Assembly: GCA_038087875.1 (NCBI GenBank)
Contig: JAXLNO010000029.1
Span: 1 to 64,000, forward strand
Reading direction: 5' to 3'
Length of the DNA stretch: 64,000 nt
DNA from: Malacoraja senta
Taxonomy: Eukaryota
Part shown: piece after piece, positions 26,655 through 39,300 of the stretch
Layout of the letters: the number at the start of each line of letters is the position of its first letter
How positions within the stretch are numbered: the first letter of the stretch is position 1
Translations under genes and position numbers: made by a program
Notes under the pieces: model-generated
What the model was told of the DNA's origin: nothing
The model's input: the letters and a program-made list of their open reading frames with translations, nothing else
Databases searched by the model: none

Positions 26655-27387
26655 TGAAAAAGTTACTTTTATAACAACTAAACAGGTTCGCTTCTTAATA
26701 AACAGACACCACACAAACTGTTTTGTAGACCAGTTCAAAACTTTACTTAACATCGGCCGATGGAAGGGAGCGAGAATTCCAGCTAAGTGACCAATGTAGA
26801 CACTCGACTGTCCTCGGTCCCCTTCTCTGAACAACAGAATTACATTGTCTTATATAGTGTTTTTTTTGTCACCTTAACACATTCCACAAACATTAGTCAT
26901 GGTCAGAGGTACAGGAAAAGGTTTCCACAGAATGCATCACATCAAAGGCCTTTTGTTTACATGGTACAAGATATACTAAAAACATTGGCCATTTGTTTTA
27001 GGTCAACTTATCTTCAAAGAGATCACCCTAGCTCTTTCGCTGCTTCCTCTCTGTCACTTGGTCCCTCATAAACATAGGCCATTTGGTTCATGGCATCTTA
27101 CTTCAAAGATGTGACTAGCTGTTTCTCTCTTCCTTTATTGCCTCCTCCCCCATAAATATTGGCCATTTGGTTCATGGCATCTTACTTCAAAGATGTGACT
27201 AGCTGTTTCTTTCTCTGTCACTTCCTCACTTGGGAGACAATGTTATGGTATTTATTATCTCAATACCCCAAAACCTAAGGCAACTTAACTTGCCTTTCTG
27301 TATTATTCTACTGGAGAAAAGCCTGATTTGAGACTAAATATAAGCTGTAAGCTTTTCTTATATTTTTAACATAATTCAGCTTTATCA
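26655..27387 (-). repeat. ERV LTR 4 (internal, shared)
   Basis: 733 bp, near-identical to LTR 2. Confidence 0.92.
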
Positions 27388-29642
27388 TTCCATCCTTTTA
27401 TCAAAATCTTGATAGTAACTACAGTCCTTGCCGAGTACATACGAAAGACCATAAGCATCTCATCAGGCAAATTATCTCACTGTCTGTAGTCAGGGTATCT
27501 TTGCTGCACTTGTCATGTTTGACTCCAATCTTGTTTAAAAGGATGTATGTACCATCCTTTAAATGTGGTTTAGTCCGCAAGTTTGCCATTCTGAAGAAAG
27601 TCCAGTCCATGTGGGCCACCCCAGAATAAAAGGAGGGTCAATAGCTCCACAAACCGTTCACAGTCAATCAAATGTATCCAACGACGATGATCTTCAATCT
27701 TCACAGCAGTTTATGTTGTTGATAGCACTTGGTTGTTCCTTTCAACACAATCTCAATTTCTTCTTGTCCCAGCACATGGTCATTTTGTAGCCTTTATGGA
27801 CTCGTCCCTGTGCTCACTGGTTTTCAACCCAGCTCCTCTAACCTGGGAATGCAGATCTGGCAAGACCTGGGTTAATTGCTGTCCATACATAATTAGTTAA
27901 TTGCCCAGGGCCTGTAGGTGGCTTCCCCCCACTCTCCAGGGGGTGGGCACAGCAGCCTTTCCTGTATCAATAAAAAAGTTGTAAATCCTGTTTCTCTAGC
28001 TGCAGTTGAATGACCCCAATCTACTCTGAAGAAGGGCTTCGGCCCGAAATGATGCCTATTTCCTTCGCTCCATAGATGCTGCCTCATCCCCTGAGTTTCT
28101 CCAGCACTTTTGTCTACCTTTGATTTTCCAGCATCTGCAGTTCCTTCTTAAACACTTCTCTGTGAACTTATTCTTTAATCCGATTATATCTGAAGAGGCT
28201 CTCCCCACCTAAATATTAAATTCTCCAAATATGTTCTCTTCCCTAATCTACTTATCTTCTCACCTTTTATCCCTCATTGTGAGTTCCCTCAAACCCCCTT
28301 TTGTAAGCCATAAGACAATTTTACATGTACATTCATTTTCCTTACACAGCACATGCTTCAACACCTTTGTTCGTCTGCAGACCGTAATCTTGCTTCATTT
28401 GCATTTTAAAGGACAACCTCTGTTATCACATCAAAACAATCTTTCCCAAAAGAACTCACTCAGAATCAGTAATCAATAATACATTTTCTATTTCTCTGGA
28501 ATTTTGACATTTCCAATCTCATTTAACACTTTAATTGGGGTGAGTCTCTTTTTGAACTCGGCTCAAAAGATTTATAACAACCAACACATTTTATCATTTG
28601 AGTATAGCTCCACCCCCCCCATTCATGGCAGTGTCTTAAAGGAACACACCATAACCTGCCTGTTCATTTGCATTTTAAAGGACAAACTGTTCTTAAAGGG
28701 ACTCACACCTTTGCTCATTGCTTCAAATTTCACACATTCCACATACAAAAAACATTGTTTTACAAGCAGTACATACACACAAAAAAATTGTTTTACCAGC
28801 AGTATATAATATTTCATCTTCAAAGACGTCTCTTTGTAATTTACTTTCCCTTATTCTGACAAGACTTCTGTTTACCAGAATCCTGGTTACCTAACCCTAA
28901 TTGGACTTTGATCCAGATCATGATTAGTCAGACTCCCCGTGACTTTTCAGTCTCCCTATCCTATCCTCAATTCATCCCCAATTTTTTTATAACAGTTGCT
29001 TGTCAGAAAAAGGATTCCCCCGGGGTAATTTTGTTTTGCAATGCCCCATAGGCTCTTTCCACCATCCCAGATGCCTGTGGGTGATGTACACAGTGAAATT
29101 GCTGTCGGATATTAAAATGTGTACATATTTCCTTATTAATAGTGGCAATAAAATGGGGACCATTGTCCGAGCTTATGACAGTAGGTAGGCCAAACCTGGG
29201 AATAACTTCCCTTAACAACAATGTTACTGTAGTCTCAGCAGTATTATTAGTGGTTGGTAGAGCTTCAATCCACCTGCTAAATAAATCTAAAATCACTAAG
29301 CAATATTTATAACACTGGGCCCTTGGCATTTCAATAAAATCAATCTGTATGCATTCAAACGGTCGTGATGGCATTGGCGTCACCCCTGAGGGTATCCTAA
29401 TTGGTTTGCCTGGATTATTTCGTTGGCAAATTTTACATTCAGAGGCCTGCTTTAGTGCCTCTTGACGAATTTTCGGGTGCCATCACGTTTCCTTTGTCAT
29501 CCTTATCATTCCCTCCTTACCAGCATGGGTAAGGGAGTGAATATATGTTAGTCAGACAGGTAAAAATGCATCGTACACACCAACTTGTCCAAGCGGGGTG
29601 AGCCGAATCAATGGCACAGCCCTCTTGTTTCCATAGTTATTT

Positions 29643-30554
29643 TTATATATGAGAGGCGTCCCTCTGTAATGTACATACCTCCCTCATGTTTGGCAGGACC
29701 GTTCTTTTTGCTAGCATCTGTTTACCTGCTGTCACTAAGCATTTGGATGCATAGGCTGCTTGTTTGGCTACACTATCAGCAAATGCATTGCCTTTTGTTA
29801 TAGGGTCCCCAGCACCAGTGTGTGTAGCACATTTAATAATGGTCAGCTGTTCTGGTATCATCAATGCCTTAAGCAAATAACGCACAGAAAGGCATTCCCG
29901 TGCTCCCAATCCTGGGGAGCTTTGTAAGGTCAGAACTTCAAGGTATAGGGATATTACTGACGGAGCTGCCACAGGTAAGTATGCCATCGCTACTGGTAGG
30001 ATGTAGGGAGGTGGACATCTCCCAGGATTATCTAACTCCTCATCTTCACTACCAAACAGGGTCGTCGTGCCAGACATGAAGTTTCCTCCAGAGGATTTAC
30101 CAGTACTGGGTTTATTTTTACTAACCATCACCTGTTTCTCACCTCCTGCCTGTCTCTTAATTATTTTCTCTTGTTCCTCCGCCCACTGGCATTCTAGTTG
30201 CAATACTTTCCATCCTTTCATAGTGCCATCCTTATTTCGTAACTCTATCCCTTGTTTACATGCAGTATCCATCCAACTTCGATCTCTACTCTCCTCATGC
30301 TTCTTCTCTGCTTCTGCTTTCCACGTTTTAATTCCCTTCTTCCATGTCTTTCCTGCCTTCCTTTCCCATATCAACATCTCTGCTTTTTTAATTGTCTCGA
30401 CATTCCATGTGCCCCCTACTGGCCAGGCTTCATCCCCCAACCGTTTGGTCAACTTGTAACTTAACATTCTAAATTTCTTATTATACTTAGGATTCAAATA
30501 ACACATATGTTGGACGGGGGTTCCCCCCTCATTGTTATCCAGAGCATTCCCCAT
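29643..30554 (-). CDS. gag: Open Gag(MA/PPPY)-RNase H fusion ORF, unit 4 (303 aa)
   Basis: Only unit with a 6-C run, so MGNALDNNEGGTPV reads in frame; Gly2 is a possible myristoylation site; expression unknown. Confidence 0.55.
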   Translation of the reverse strand: MGNALDNNEGGTPVQHMCYLNPKYNKKFRMLSYKLTKRLGDEAWPVGGTWNVETIKKAEMLIWERKAGKTWKKGIKTWKAEAEKKHEESRDRSWMDTACKQGIELRNKDGTMKGWKVLQLECQWAEEQEKIIKRQAGGEKQVMVSKNKPSTGKSSGGNFMSGTTTLFGSEDEELDNPGRCPPPYILPVAMAYLPVAAPSVISLYLEVLTLQSSPGLGARECLSVRYLLKALMIPEQLTIIKCATHTGAGDPITKGNAFADSVAKQAAYASKCLVTAGKQMLAKRTVLPNMREVCTLQRDASHI

Positions 30555-31378
30555 AGATAGATAGAGAGAGAGAGAAAGAGAAAGCAGACTTCTTAATTCC
30601 GAATCATTCCAAATATATCAACCAGGCCGACTCGCTACTCGAGACCCGTTTCTCAATTTGGCTGACTTTTTTTAAATTAATTTTTTTACCTCTTTGATAT
30701 ACGACCCAAGTGTCTCAACGAGGCCGACTCGCTAACCGAGACCCCCGTTTCTCAACCTGGCAGACCTAAAATAAGCGCCAGGTGTCTCAACGAAGCAGAC
30801 CCGCTAACCGGGACCCCCGTTTCTCAACCTGGCAGACTTCTTACTCTTTAATATACAACGCCACTTATTTCTCAATCCGACAACTCTTCGGATGTCTCAA
30901 TAAGCCAGACGCACACCTCAACCCCCGTATCTCAACCCGACAAATCACGGATATCTCAGCGAGGCCGATGAGCCCTTAGTAGAGAGAGAGAGAGAAGGGA
31001 AAAAAAAGAAAACAAAGAGAGATAGACAGAGAGAGAGAGAAAGAGAAACCACTCACGTCCTTCTTAACAATATACACAAGCCCTTCTTAAAAATACATGC
31101 ACAATTCTGTCTGAAAAATACATACACAATCCCTTCTTAAAAAAAACCCTATAAAGCCCAACTGGTCTTACCTTGGTCTGTTTCTAAGAACCTCGGCAGG
31201 GAACCTGGATCAACCTCTGATGAAGGATCACAGACGTTCCCGGGAGTTTCTAGGGAGTCGGTCTTACAAGGGGGCCGATGGAGCTCAATTATCTCCCTTC
31301 CAATCCCGGCAACCTCTGCAACCTCTTGCACAGTCAGCTGTTGATGGGGTCCCAGCGAGGCCTGCATAACTACGCCAA

Positions 31379-32105
31379 TGAAAAAGTTACTTTTATAACA
31401 ACTAAACAGGTTCGCTTCTTAATAAACAGACACCACACAAACTGTTTTGTAGACCAGTTCAAAACTTTACTTAACATCGGCCGATGGAAGGGAGCGAGAA
31501 TTCCAGCTAAGTGACCAATGTAGACACTCGACTGTCCTCGGTCCCCTTCTCTGAACAACAGAATTACATTGTCTTATATAGTGTTTTTTTTGTCACCTTA
31601 ACACATTCCACAAACATTAGTCATGGTCAGAGGTACAGGAAAAGGTTTCCACAGAATGCATCACATCAAAGGCCTTTTGTTTACATGGTACAAGATATAC
31701 TAAAAACATTGGCCATTTGTTTTAGGTCATTTTATCTTCAAAGAGATCACCCTAGCTCTTTCGCTGCTTCCTCTCTGTCACTTGGTCCCTCATAAACATA
31801 GGCCATTTGGTTTATGGCATCTTATCTTTCCACTTCCCTGGTTCCTCTCTCATTACCTCCTCCCTCATAAATATCGGACATTTGGTACAAGGCATTTTAC
31901 ATATCATAGCTTATCAATGCTTCTTCTCTGCTTCCTCTCTCGTCACTTGGGAGACAAATGTTATAGTATTCATTATCTCAATACCCTGACACCTGAGGCA
32001 ACTTAACTTGCCTTTCTGTATTATTCTACTGGAGAAAAGCCTGATTTGAGACTAAATATAAGCTGTAAGCTTTTCTTATATTTTTAACATAATTCAGCTT
32101 TATCA
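31379..32105 (-). repeat. ERV LTR 5 (5' terminal LTR), divergent U3
   Basis: 727 bp; matches LTR2-4 except for a clearly different segment at about 31812-31995. Confidence 0.92.
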
Positions 32106-32380
32106 CAGCACCTCAAATTTTGCCTGGGCAGCTTACACCCCAGTGGTATGAACATTGACTTCTCTAACTTCAAGTAGCCCTTGCTTTCCCTCTCTCTCCA
32201 ACCCTCCCCCTTCCCAGTTCTCTCACGAGTCTCACTGTCTCTGACTACATTTTATCTCTGTGCCCACTCTCGTCATCACTCTGAAGAAGGGTCTCAACAT
32301 GAAACGTCACCCATTCCTTCTCCAGAGATGCTGCCCGTCCCATTGAGTTACTCCAGCATTTTGTGTCTTATCTTCGATTT
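32106..32380 (+). mobile_element. Penelope-like element 3' end (GIY-YIG C-terminus plus terminal repeat)
   Basis: Translates QHLKFCLGSLHPSGMNIDFSNFK*; followed by CTGAAGAAGGGTCTCAACATGAAACGTC. Confidence 0.8.
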
Positions 32381-32789
32381 AAAAGACATTTTGACAGGTC
32401 TGGAAATAGGAAAGGTTGAGAGGGATATGGGCCAAATGCAGGCAGGTGGGACTAGAGTTTGTACGTTCTCTCTGTGACTGTTTGTGTTTTCTCCGGGTGC
32501 TCCGATTTCCCCCCTCATTCCAAAGACGTGCAGGTGTGTAGATTAATTCTGAAAATTGTCCCCAGTGAGTAGGGTAGACATAGTGTACGGGTGATCGCTG
32601 GTTGGCGCGTACTTGGTGGGCCGAACGGCCTGTTTCCATGCTGTATCTCTAAAGTAAGCTTAGAAGGAATGGCAGTGCATCATTTCACCATGTTGAGCAA
32701 TACTCTCTGTATCCTGGACATCACCACAATCCCATTTACTTGTCCATCACATGTTAACACCTCAGGTAACATTGACCCCTCGCTCATAA

Positions 32790-33700
32790 GTTACAGGAGC
32801 AGAATTAGGCCATTCGGCCCGCCAAGTCTCTCCTGACTTCTCCCCATAACCCCTGACACATGTTCTAATCAAGAATCTATCCTTAAAAATATCCAGTGAC
32901 TTAGCCTCCACAGCCGCCTGTGGCAATGAATTCCACAGATTCATCACCCTCTGACTAAGGACATTCTTCATCTCCTTCTTAAAGGAATGTCCTTTAATAC
33001 TGAGGCTCTGGTCCTAGACCAGGGGTTGCCAACCTTTTTCATCCCATTTACCCTGGCAACTTTAATAACACATTACAATATTATTTCACTTATTTATGAA
33101 CAACTAATGATGAACAGATACCAGAACCAAACACAGTCAGTCAATGAGAAAAAATATGTACAAATCCAGAATCAATAAATTTGCACCCTGGGTAGGCAAA
33201 ATGGAGCCTATTTATTCCAGGCTGGGAACCCTTGTCCGAGACTCTCCCATGAGTGGAAACATCCTATCCACATCCATACTGTCCAAACCTTTCACTATTT
33301 GGTGCATTTCAATGAACTCCAGCGAGTACAGGCCCACTGCTGTCATAAACGCTCATCATAGGTTAACCCGCTCATTCCTGGGGTCATTCTCGTAAACCTC
33401 CTCTGGACCCTCTCCATAGCCAGCACATCCTTCTTCAGATATGGTGCACGAAATTGCTCACAATACTCCAAATGTGGCCTGACCAGCACCTTATAGAGCC
33501 TCAGCATTACATCCCTGTTTTTGTATTCTAGCCCTCTTTAAATAAATGCTACTATTGCGTTTGCCTCCTTTATCACCGATTTGTCTTGCTGATTACCTTT
33601 TTGGGAATCCTGCACCAGAACTCCCAAGTCCTTTTGCACCTCCGATTTCTGGATTCTCACCCCATTTAGAAATGAGTCTACGCCTTTTTTCCCCATTCAT
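32790..33700 (-). mobile_element. Degenerate CR1 3' fragment
   Basis: SQRVMNLWNSLPQAAVEAKSLDIFK; reverse complement of RPHLEYC motif at about 33450-33490. Confidence 0.8.
33020..33234. mobile_element. hAT-type MITE
   Basis: Imperfect TIRs CAGGGGTTGCCAACC / GGCTGGGAACCCTTG; 8-bp TSD TCCTAGAC (33012-33019) / TCCGAGAC (33235-33242). Confidence 0.8.
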
Positions 33701-34191
33701 CTTTCTCTCAAACTATGTTTTATTCCATCCATTGAACTCCAGTTTTTAAACATCTGTTCATTATTCATTCTGCCATAATTTGTTTCTGGCATCCTTATCC
33801 ATCTCAATTAGCTCCCATCCCCCACATATGCTGAATCCTCCTTAGTTTAGTTTTAGAGCTACAGCGTGGAAACTGGCCCTTTGGCCCACCGAGTCCACGC
33901 TGACCGACGATCACCCGCACGCTAGTTCTATGTTATTCTACACGCTCGGGGACAATTCAAAGAAGCCAATTTACATTAGAGCTGCTGCCTCACAGCGCCA
34001 GAGACCCGGGTCAGTTTAGTTTATTGTCACGTTTACCGAGGTACAGAGAAAAGTTGCGTGCTATCCAGTCAGTGGAAAGACAATACATGATTACAGTCGA
34101 GCCATTTACAGTGTACAGATGCATGATAAGGGAATAATGTTTAGTGCAAGATAAACCCAGTAAAGTCTGATCAAATATAGACCAAGGGCCA

Positions 34192-35140
34192 TCAAGTTCA
34201 AGTTCAAGTGAGTTTATTGTCATGTGTCCCTGATAGGACAATGAAATTCTTGCTTTGCTTCAGCACATAGAACATAGTAGGCATTTACTACAAAACAGAT
34301 CAGTGTGTCCATATACTATAATATAAATATATACACATGAATAAATAAAATGATAAAGTGCAAATAACAGATGATTGGTTATTAATAATCAGAATTTTGT
34401 CTGAGCCAGGTTTAATAGCCTGATGGCTGTGGGGAAGTAGCTATTCCTGAACCTGGTTGTTGCAGTCTTCAGGCTCCTGTACCTTCTACCTGAAGGAATC
34501 AGGGAGATGAGTGTGTGGCCAGGATGGTGTGGGTCTTTGATGATACTTCCAGCCTTTTTGAGGCAGCGACTGCGATAAATCTCCTCGATGGAAGGGAGGT
34601 CAGAGCCAATGATGGACTGGGCAGTGTTTACTACTTTATGTAGTCTTTTCCTCTCCAGGGCGCTCAAGTTGCCGTACCAAGCCACGATGCAACCGGTCAG
34701 CATGCTCTCTACTGTGCACCTGTAGAAGTTAGAGAGAGTCCTCCTTAACACACCGACTCTCCATAGTCTTCTCAGGAAGTAGAGGTGCTCATGAGCTTTC
34801 TTGATGATTGCATTAGTGTTCTCGGACCAGGAAAGATCTTCAGATATGTGCACGCCCAGGAATTTGAAGCTCTTGACCCTTTCAACCATCGACCCGTAGA
34901 TATAAACGGGACTGTGGGTCCCCATCCTACTCCTTCCAAAGTCCACAATCAGTTCCTTGGTTTGCTGGTGTTGAGGGCCAGGTTATTGTGCTGGCACCAT
35001 ATGGACAGTCGCTCGATCTCTCTTTTATACTATGACTCATCCCCATCAGTGATACGTCCCACAACAGTGGTGTCGTCAGCGAACTTGATGATGGAGTTCG
35101 CACTGTGACCGGCTACGCAGTGATGAGTATAGAGGGAGTA
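34192..35140 (-). mobile_element. 5'-truncated Rex1/Babar LINE nested in an older related repeat
   Basis: KFADDTTVVG; ORF 34389-34946 (VERVKSFKFLGVHISEDLSWS...RFRNSYFPTAIRLLN); AATAAA plus (CTTGAA)n tail; host repeat at 34012-34190 resumes at about 35141. Confidence 0.88.
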
Positions 35141-35560
35141 CTATCAATGAGGTAGATAGTAGTTGAGCACTGCTCTCTGGTTGGGGTAGGATAGTTCAGT
35201 TGCCTGACAACTGCTGGGAAGAAACTATAACCATATAAATCAGGGATAGAAACTGTCCCTGAATCTGTGCGTTTTCACATTTCTATACCTGTTGCCTGAT
35301 GGGAGAGGGGAAAAGAGGGAGTGGCCAGTATGTGACTTGTCCTTGATTATGCTGATGGCCTTGCCGAGGCTGGGAATGAGTTTGATGTTGAACTCGAGTG
35401 CTGTGTGTGTGTGTGTGGAGTTCGCACGTTCTCCCTGTGACCGTGTGCCTTCTCCTTCGGCTGTGTGTGTGTGGAGTTTGCATGTTCTCTCTGTGACCCA
35501 TCCGGAAAGGCACGGCTTCTCCGGATGGGTGTGCTGATGGATTGTGCTCCCTACTTGCAG

Positions 35561-36258
35561 GCTCTTTTCAGACACGGACACCAACACGGCTAACAACACC
35601 ACCGCAGCCGCCGATATGGCCGCTCACACCGCCAATATGGCCGATGACACCGCCGCTATGGCCGCTCACACCGCTGATATGGCCGCTCACACCGCCGATA
35701 TGGCCGATGACACCGCCGCTATGGCCGCTCACACCGCTGATATGGCCGCTCACACTGCCGATATGGCCGATGACACCGTCGCTATGGCCGCTCACACCAC
35801 TGATATGGCCGCTCACACCGGATATGGCCGCTCACACCGCTGATATGGCCGCTCACACCACTGATATGGCCGCTCACACCGCTGATATGGCCGCTCACAC
35901 CGCTGATATGGCCGCTCACACCGCTGATATGGCCGCTCACACCACTGATATAGCCGCTCAAACCACTGATATGGCCGCTCGCACCGCTGATGACATCGCT
36001 GATATGGCCGCTCACACCGCTGATATGGCCGCTCGCACCGCTGATGACATCGCTGATATGGCCGCTCACACCGCTGATATGGCCGCTCGCACCGCTGATG
36101 ACATCGCTGAAATGGCTGCTCACACCGCTTATATGGCCGCTCACACCGCCGATATGGCCGTTCACACCGCTGATATGGCCGCTCACACCGCTGATGACAC
36201 CGCTGCAGACGTGGCTGACGCCACAACTGACGATTCACCTGAGGAGCTACAAAGAAAG
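35561..36258 (+). pseudogene. RalGDS/RGL-like exon (linker between RasGEF and RA domains) expanded by a minisatellite
   Basis: Acceptor ctccctacttgcAG (35560; alternative at 35571); reads LFSDTDT..(DMAAHTA)n..TTDDSPEELQRK|GTAATG, comparable to RalGDS ...ESPDGQEKK at a phase-0 exon end; 2-nt deletion near 35820. Confidence 0.55.
35612..36200 (+). repeat. 21-bp minisatellite, consensus GATATGGCCGCTCACACCGCT, roughly 27-28 units
   Basis: Directly visible, with variant units (GATGACACC, GATGACATCGCT inserts). Confidence 0.97.
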
Positions 36259-36317
36259 GTAATGGAGACCCTCTGCCTCGTACACAGCATGGTGGCGCAG
36301 CGGTAGCATCGGTGCTA

Positions 36318-39300
36318 CCAATATCCTGGCGGGGAGATTTGCAAAGGCTACTGTAGAGACTTTAAACTAGAACGGTTGGGGGGAGGGACTCAAATAGAGA
36401 AAGCTAGTAGAGTGTGTGAGGCAGGAGGCAGAGAAGGGAAGCAATCAGACCCAACATGTAGGGGTGAAAGAAGAAAAAGATAATAAACAGAAAATAAGAG
36501 ATGGTGGGTTTCTTAAATGTGTGAGCAGAGAGACAGAGGGGTGTAAAATGAGGGTAGAAGCAATAGGTAGCAATGTGAAAAGTAAACGTGGCAGGCAGAC
36601 ACATCCAGGGCAAAAATCAAAAATGGCCATGTTTCTATATAATTGTATAAGGGGTAAGAGCGTTGTAAAAACAAGCCTGAAGGCTTTGTGTCTCAATGCA
36701 AGGAGCATTCGTAATAAGGTGGATGAGTTGAATGTGCAGATAGCTATTAATGATTATGATATAGTTGGGATCACGGAGACATGGCTCCAGGGTGACCAAG
36801 GCTGGGAGCTGAACATCCAGGGATATTCAATATTCAGGAGGGATAGACAGAAAGGAAAAGGAGGTGGGGTAGCGTTGCTGGTTAGAGAGGAGATTAACGC
36901 AATAGACAGGAAGGACATTAGCTTGGAGGATGTGGACTCAATATGGGTAGAGCTGCGAAACACTAAGGGACAGAAAACGCTAGTGGGAGTTGTGTACAGG
37001 CCACCTAACAGTAGTAGTGGAATTGGGGATGGCATCAAACAGGAAATTAGAAATGCGTGCAACAAACGTAAAACAGTTATAATGGGTGACTTCAATCTAC
37101 GTATAGATTGGGTGAATCAAATTGGCAGGGGTGCTGAGGAAGAGGATTTCTTGGAATGTATGCGGGATAGCTTTCTAAACCAACATGTAGAGGAACCAAC
37201 GAGAGAGCAGGCTATTCTAGACTGGGTATTGAATAATGAGGAAGGGTTAGTTAGCAGTCTTGTTGTGCCTGGCCCCTTGGGCAAGAGTGATCATAATATG
37301 GTTGAGTTCTTCATTAGGATGGAGAGTGACATAATTAATTCAGAAACAAGGGTTGTGAACTTAAAGAAAGGTAACTTTGAGGGAATGAGTCCTGAATTGG
37401 CCAAGATAGACTGGCAATTGATTCTTAAAGGGTTGACGGTGGATATGCAATGGAAGGCATTTAAAGACTGCATGGATGAACTACAAATCCCAGTTTGGCA
37501 AAAGAATAAATCAGGGAAGGCAGTGCATCCGTGGATAACAAGGGAAATCAGGGATTGTATCAAAACAAAAGATGAAGCATACAAATTAGCCAGAAAAAGA
37601 AGCCTACTAGAGGACTGGGAGAAATTCAGAGTCCAGCAGAGGAGGACAAAGGGCTTAATTAGGAAAGGGAAAATAGATTAAGAAAGAAAACTGGCAGGGA
37701 ACATAAAAACTGACTGTAAAAGTTTTTATAGATATGTGAAGAGAAAACGATTAGTTAAAACAAATGTAGGTCCCTTGCAGTCAGAAACAGGTGAATTGAT
37801 CATGAAGAACAAGGACATGGCAGACCAATTGAATAACTACTTTGGTTCTGTCTTCACTTAGGAAGACTTAAATAATCTGCCGGAAATAGCAGGGGACCGG
37901 GGGGTCAAATGAGATGGAACTGAGTGAAATCCAGGTTAGCCGGGAAGTGGTGTTAGATAAATTGAATGGATTAAAGGCCGATAAATCCCCAGGGCCAGAC
38001 AGGCTGCATCCCAGAGTACTTAAGGAAGTAGCCCCAGAAATAGTGGATGCAGTAGTGATAATTTTTCAAAACTCTTTAGATTCTGGAGTAGTTCCTGAGG
38101 ATTGGTGGGTAACTAATGTAATCCCACTTTTTAAAAAGGCAGGGAGAGAGAAAACGGGGAATTACAGACCAGTTAGTCTAACATCGGTAGTGGGGAAACT
38201 GCTGGAGTCAGTTATTAATGATGGGATAGCAGCACAATTGAAAAGTGGTGAAATCATTGGGCAAAGTCAGCATGGATTTATGAAAGGTAAATCATGTCTA
38301 ACGAATCTTATAGAATTTTTCGAGGATGTAATTAGTAGATTGGATAAGGGAGAACCAGTGGATGTGTTATATCTGGACTTTCAGAAGGCTTTCGACAAGG
38401 TCTCACATAAGAGATTAGTATACAAACTTAAAGCACATGGTATTGGGGGTTCAGTATTGATGTGGATAGAGAACTGGCTGGCAGACAGGAAGCAAAGAGT
38501 AGGAGTAAACGGGTCGTTTTCAGAATGGCAGGCAGTGACTAGTGGGGTACCGCAAGGCTCAGTGCTGGGAACCCAGCTATTGACAATATATATTAATGAT
38601 TTGGACGAGGGAATTGAATGCAACACCTCCAAGTTTGCGGATGACACAAAGCTGGGGGGCAGTGTTAGCTGGGAGGGGGATGCTAGGAGGCTGCAAGCTG
38701 ACTCGGATAGGCTGGGTGAGTGGGCAAATGCATGGCAGATGCAGTATATTGTGGATTAATGTGAAGTCAACCACTTTGGTGGCAAAAACAGGAAAGTAGA
38801 CTATTAACTGAATGGTGGCCGATTAGAAAAAGGGGAGATGCAACGAGATCTGAGTGTCATGGTACACCAGTCCTTGAAAGTAGGCATGCAGGTGCAGCAG
38901 GCAGTGAAGAAAGCAAATGATATGTTAGCATTCATAGTAAAAGGATTTGATTATAGGAGCAGGGAGGTTCTACTGCAGATGTGCAGGGTCTTGGTGAGAC
39001 CACACCTGGAGTATTGCGTACAATTTTGGTCTCCTATTCTGAGGAAGGACATTCTTGCCATAGAGGGAGTAGAGAGTTTATAAGATTGAGGGGGGGATCT
39101 TATAGAAACTTACAAAATTCTTAACGGGTTGGACAGGCTAGATGCAGGAAGATTGTTCCCGATGTTGGGGAAGTCGAGAACAAGGAGTCACAGTTTAAGG
39201 ATAAAGGGGAAATCTTTTAGGACCGAGATGAGAAAAACATTTTTCACACAGAGAGTGGTGAATCTCTGGAATTCTCTGCCACAGAATGTAGTTGAGGCCA

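Larger units (their letters stand above)
12487..32105 (-). mobile_element. Tandem array of 4 internally deleted endogenous retroviruses (class I, gamma/epsilon-like) sharing 5 LTRs
   Basis: Period 4721-4724 bp; TG...CA LTRs; minus-strand PBS TGGCGTAGTTATGCAGG and PPT AAAAGGATGGAA; Gag MA with PPPY, RNase H C-terminus and integrase core in each unit. Confidence 0.95.

Noticed and set aside
35612..36200. CRISPR-like array
   Set aside because: Units are contiguous with no unique spacers, no cas genes are present, and the context is vertebrate DNA
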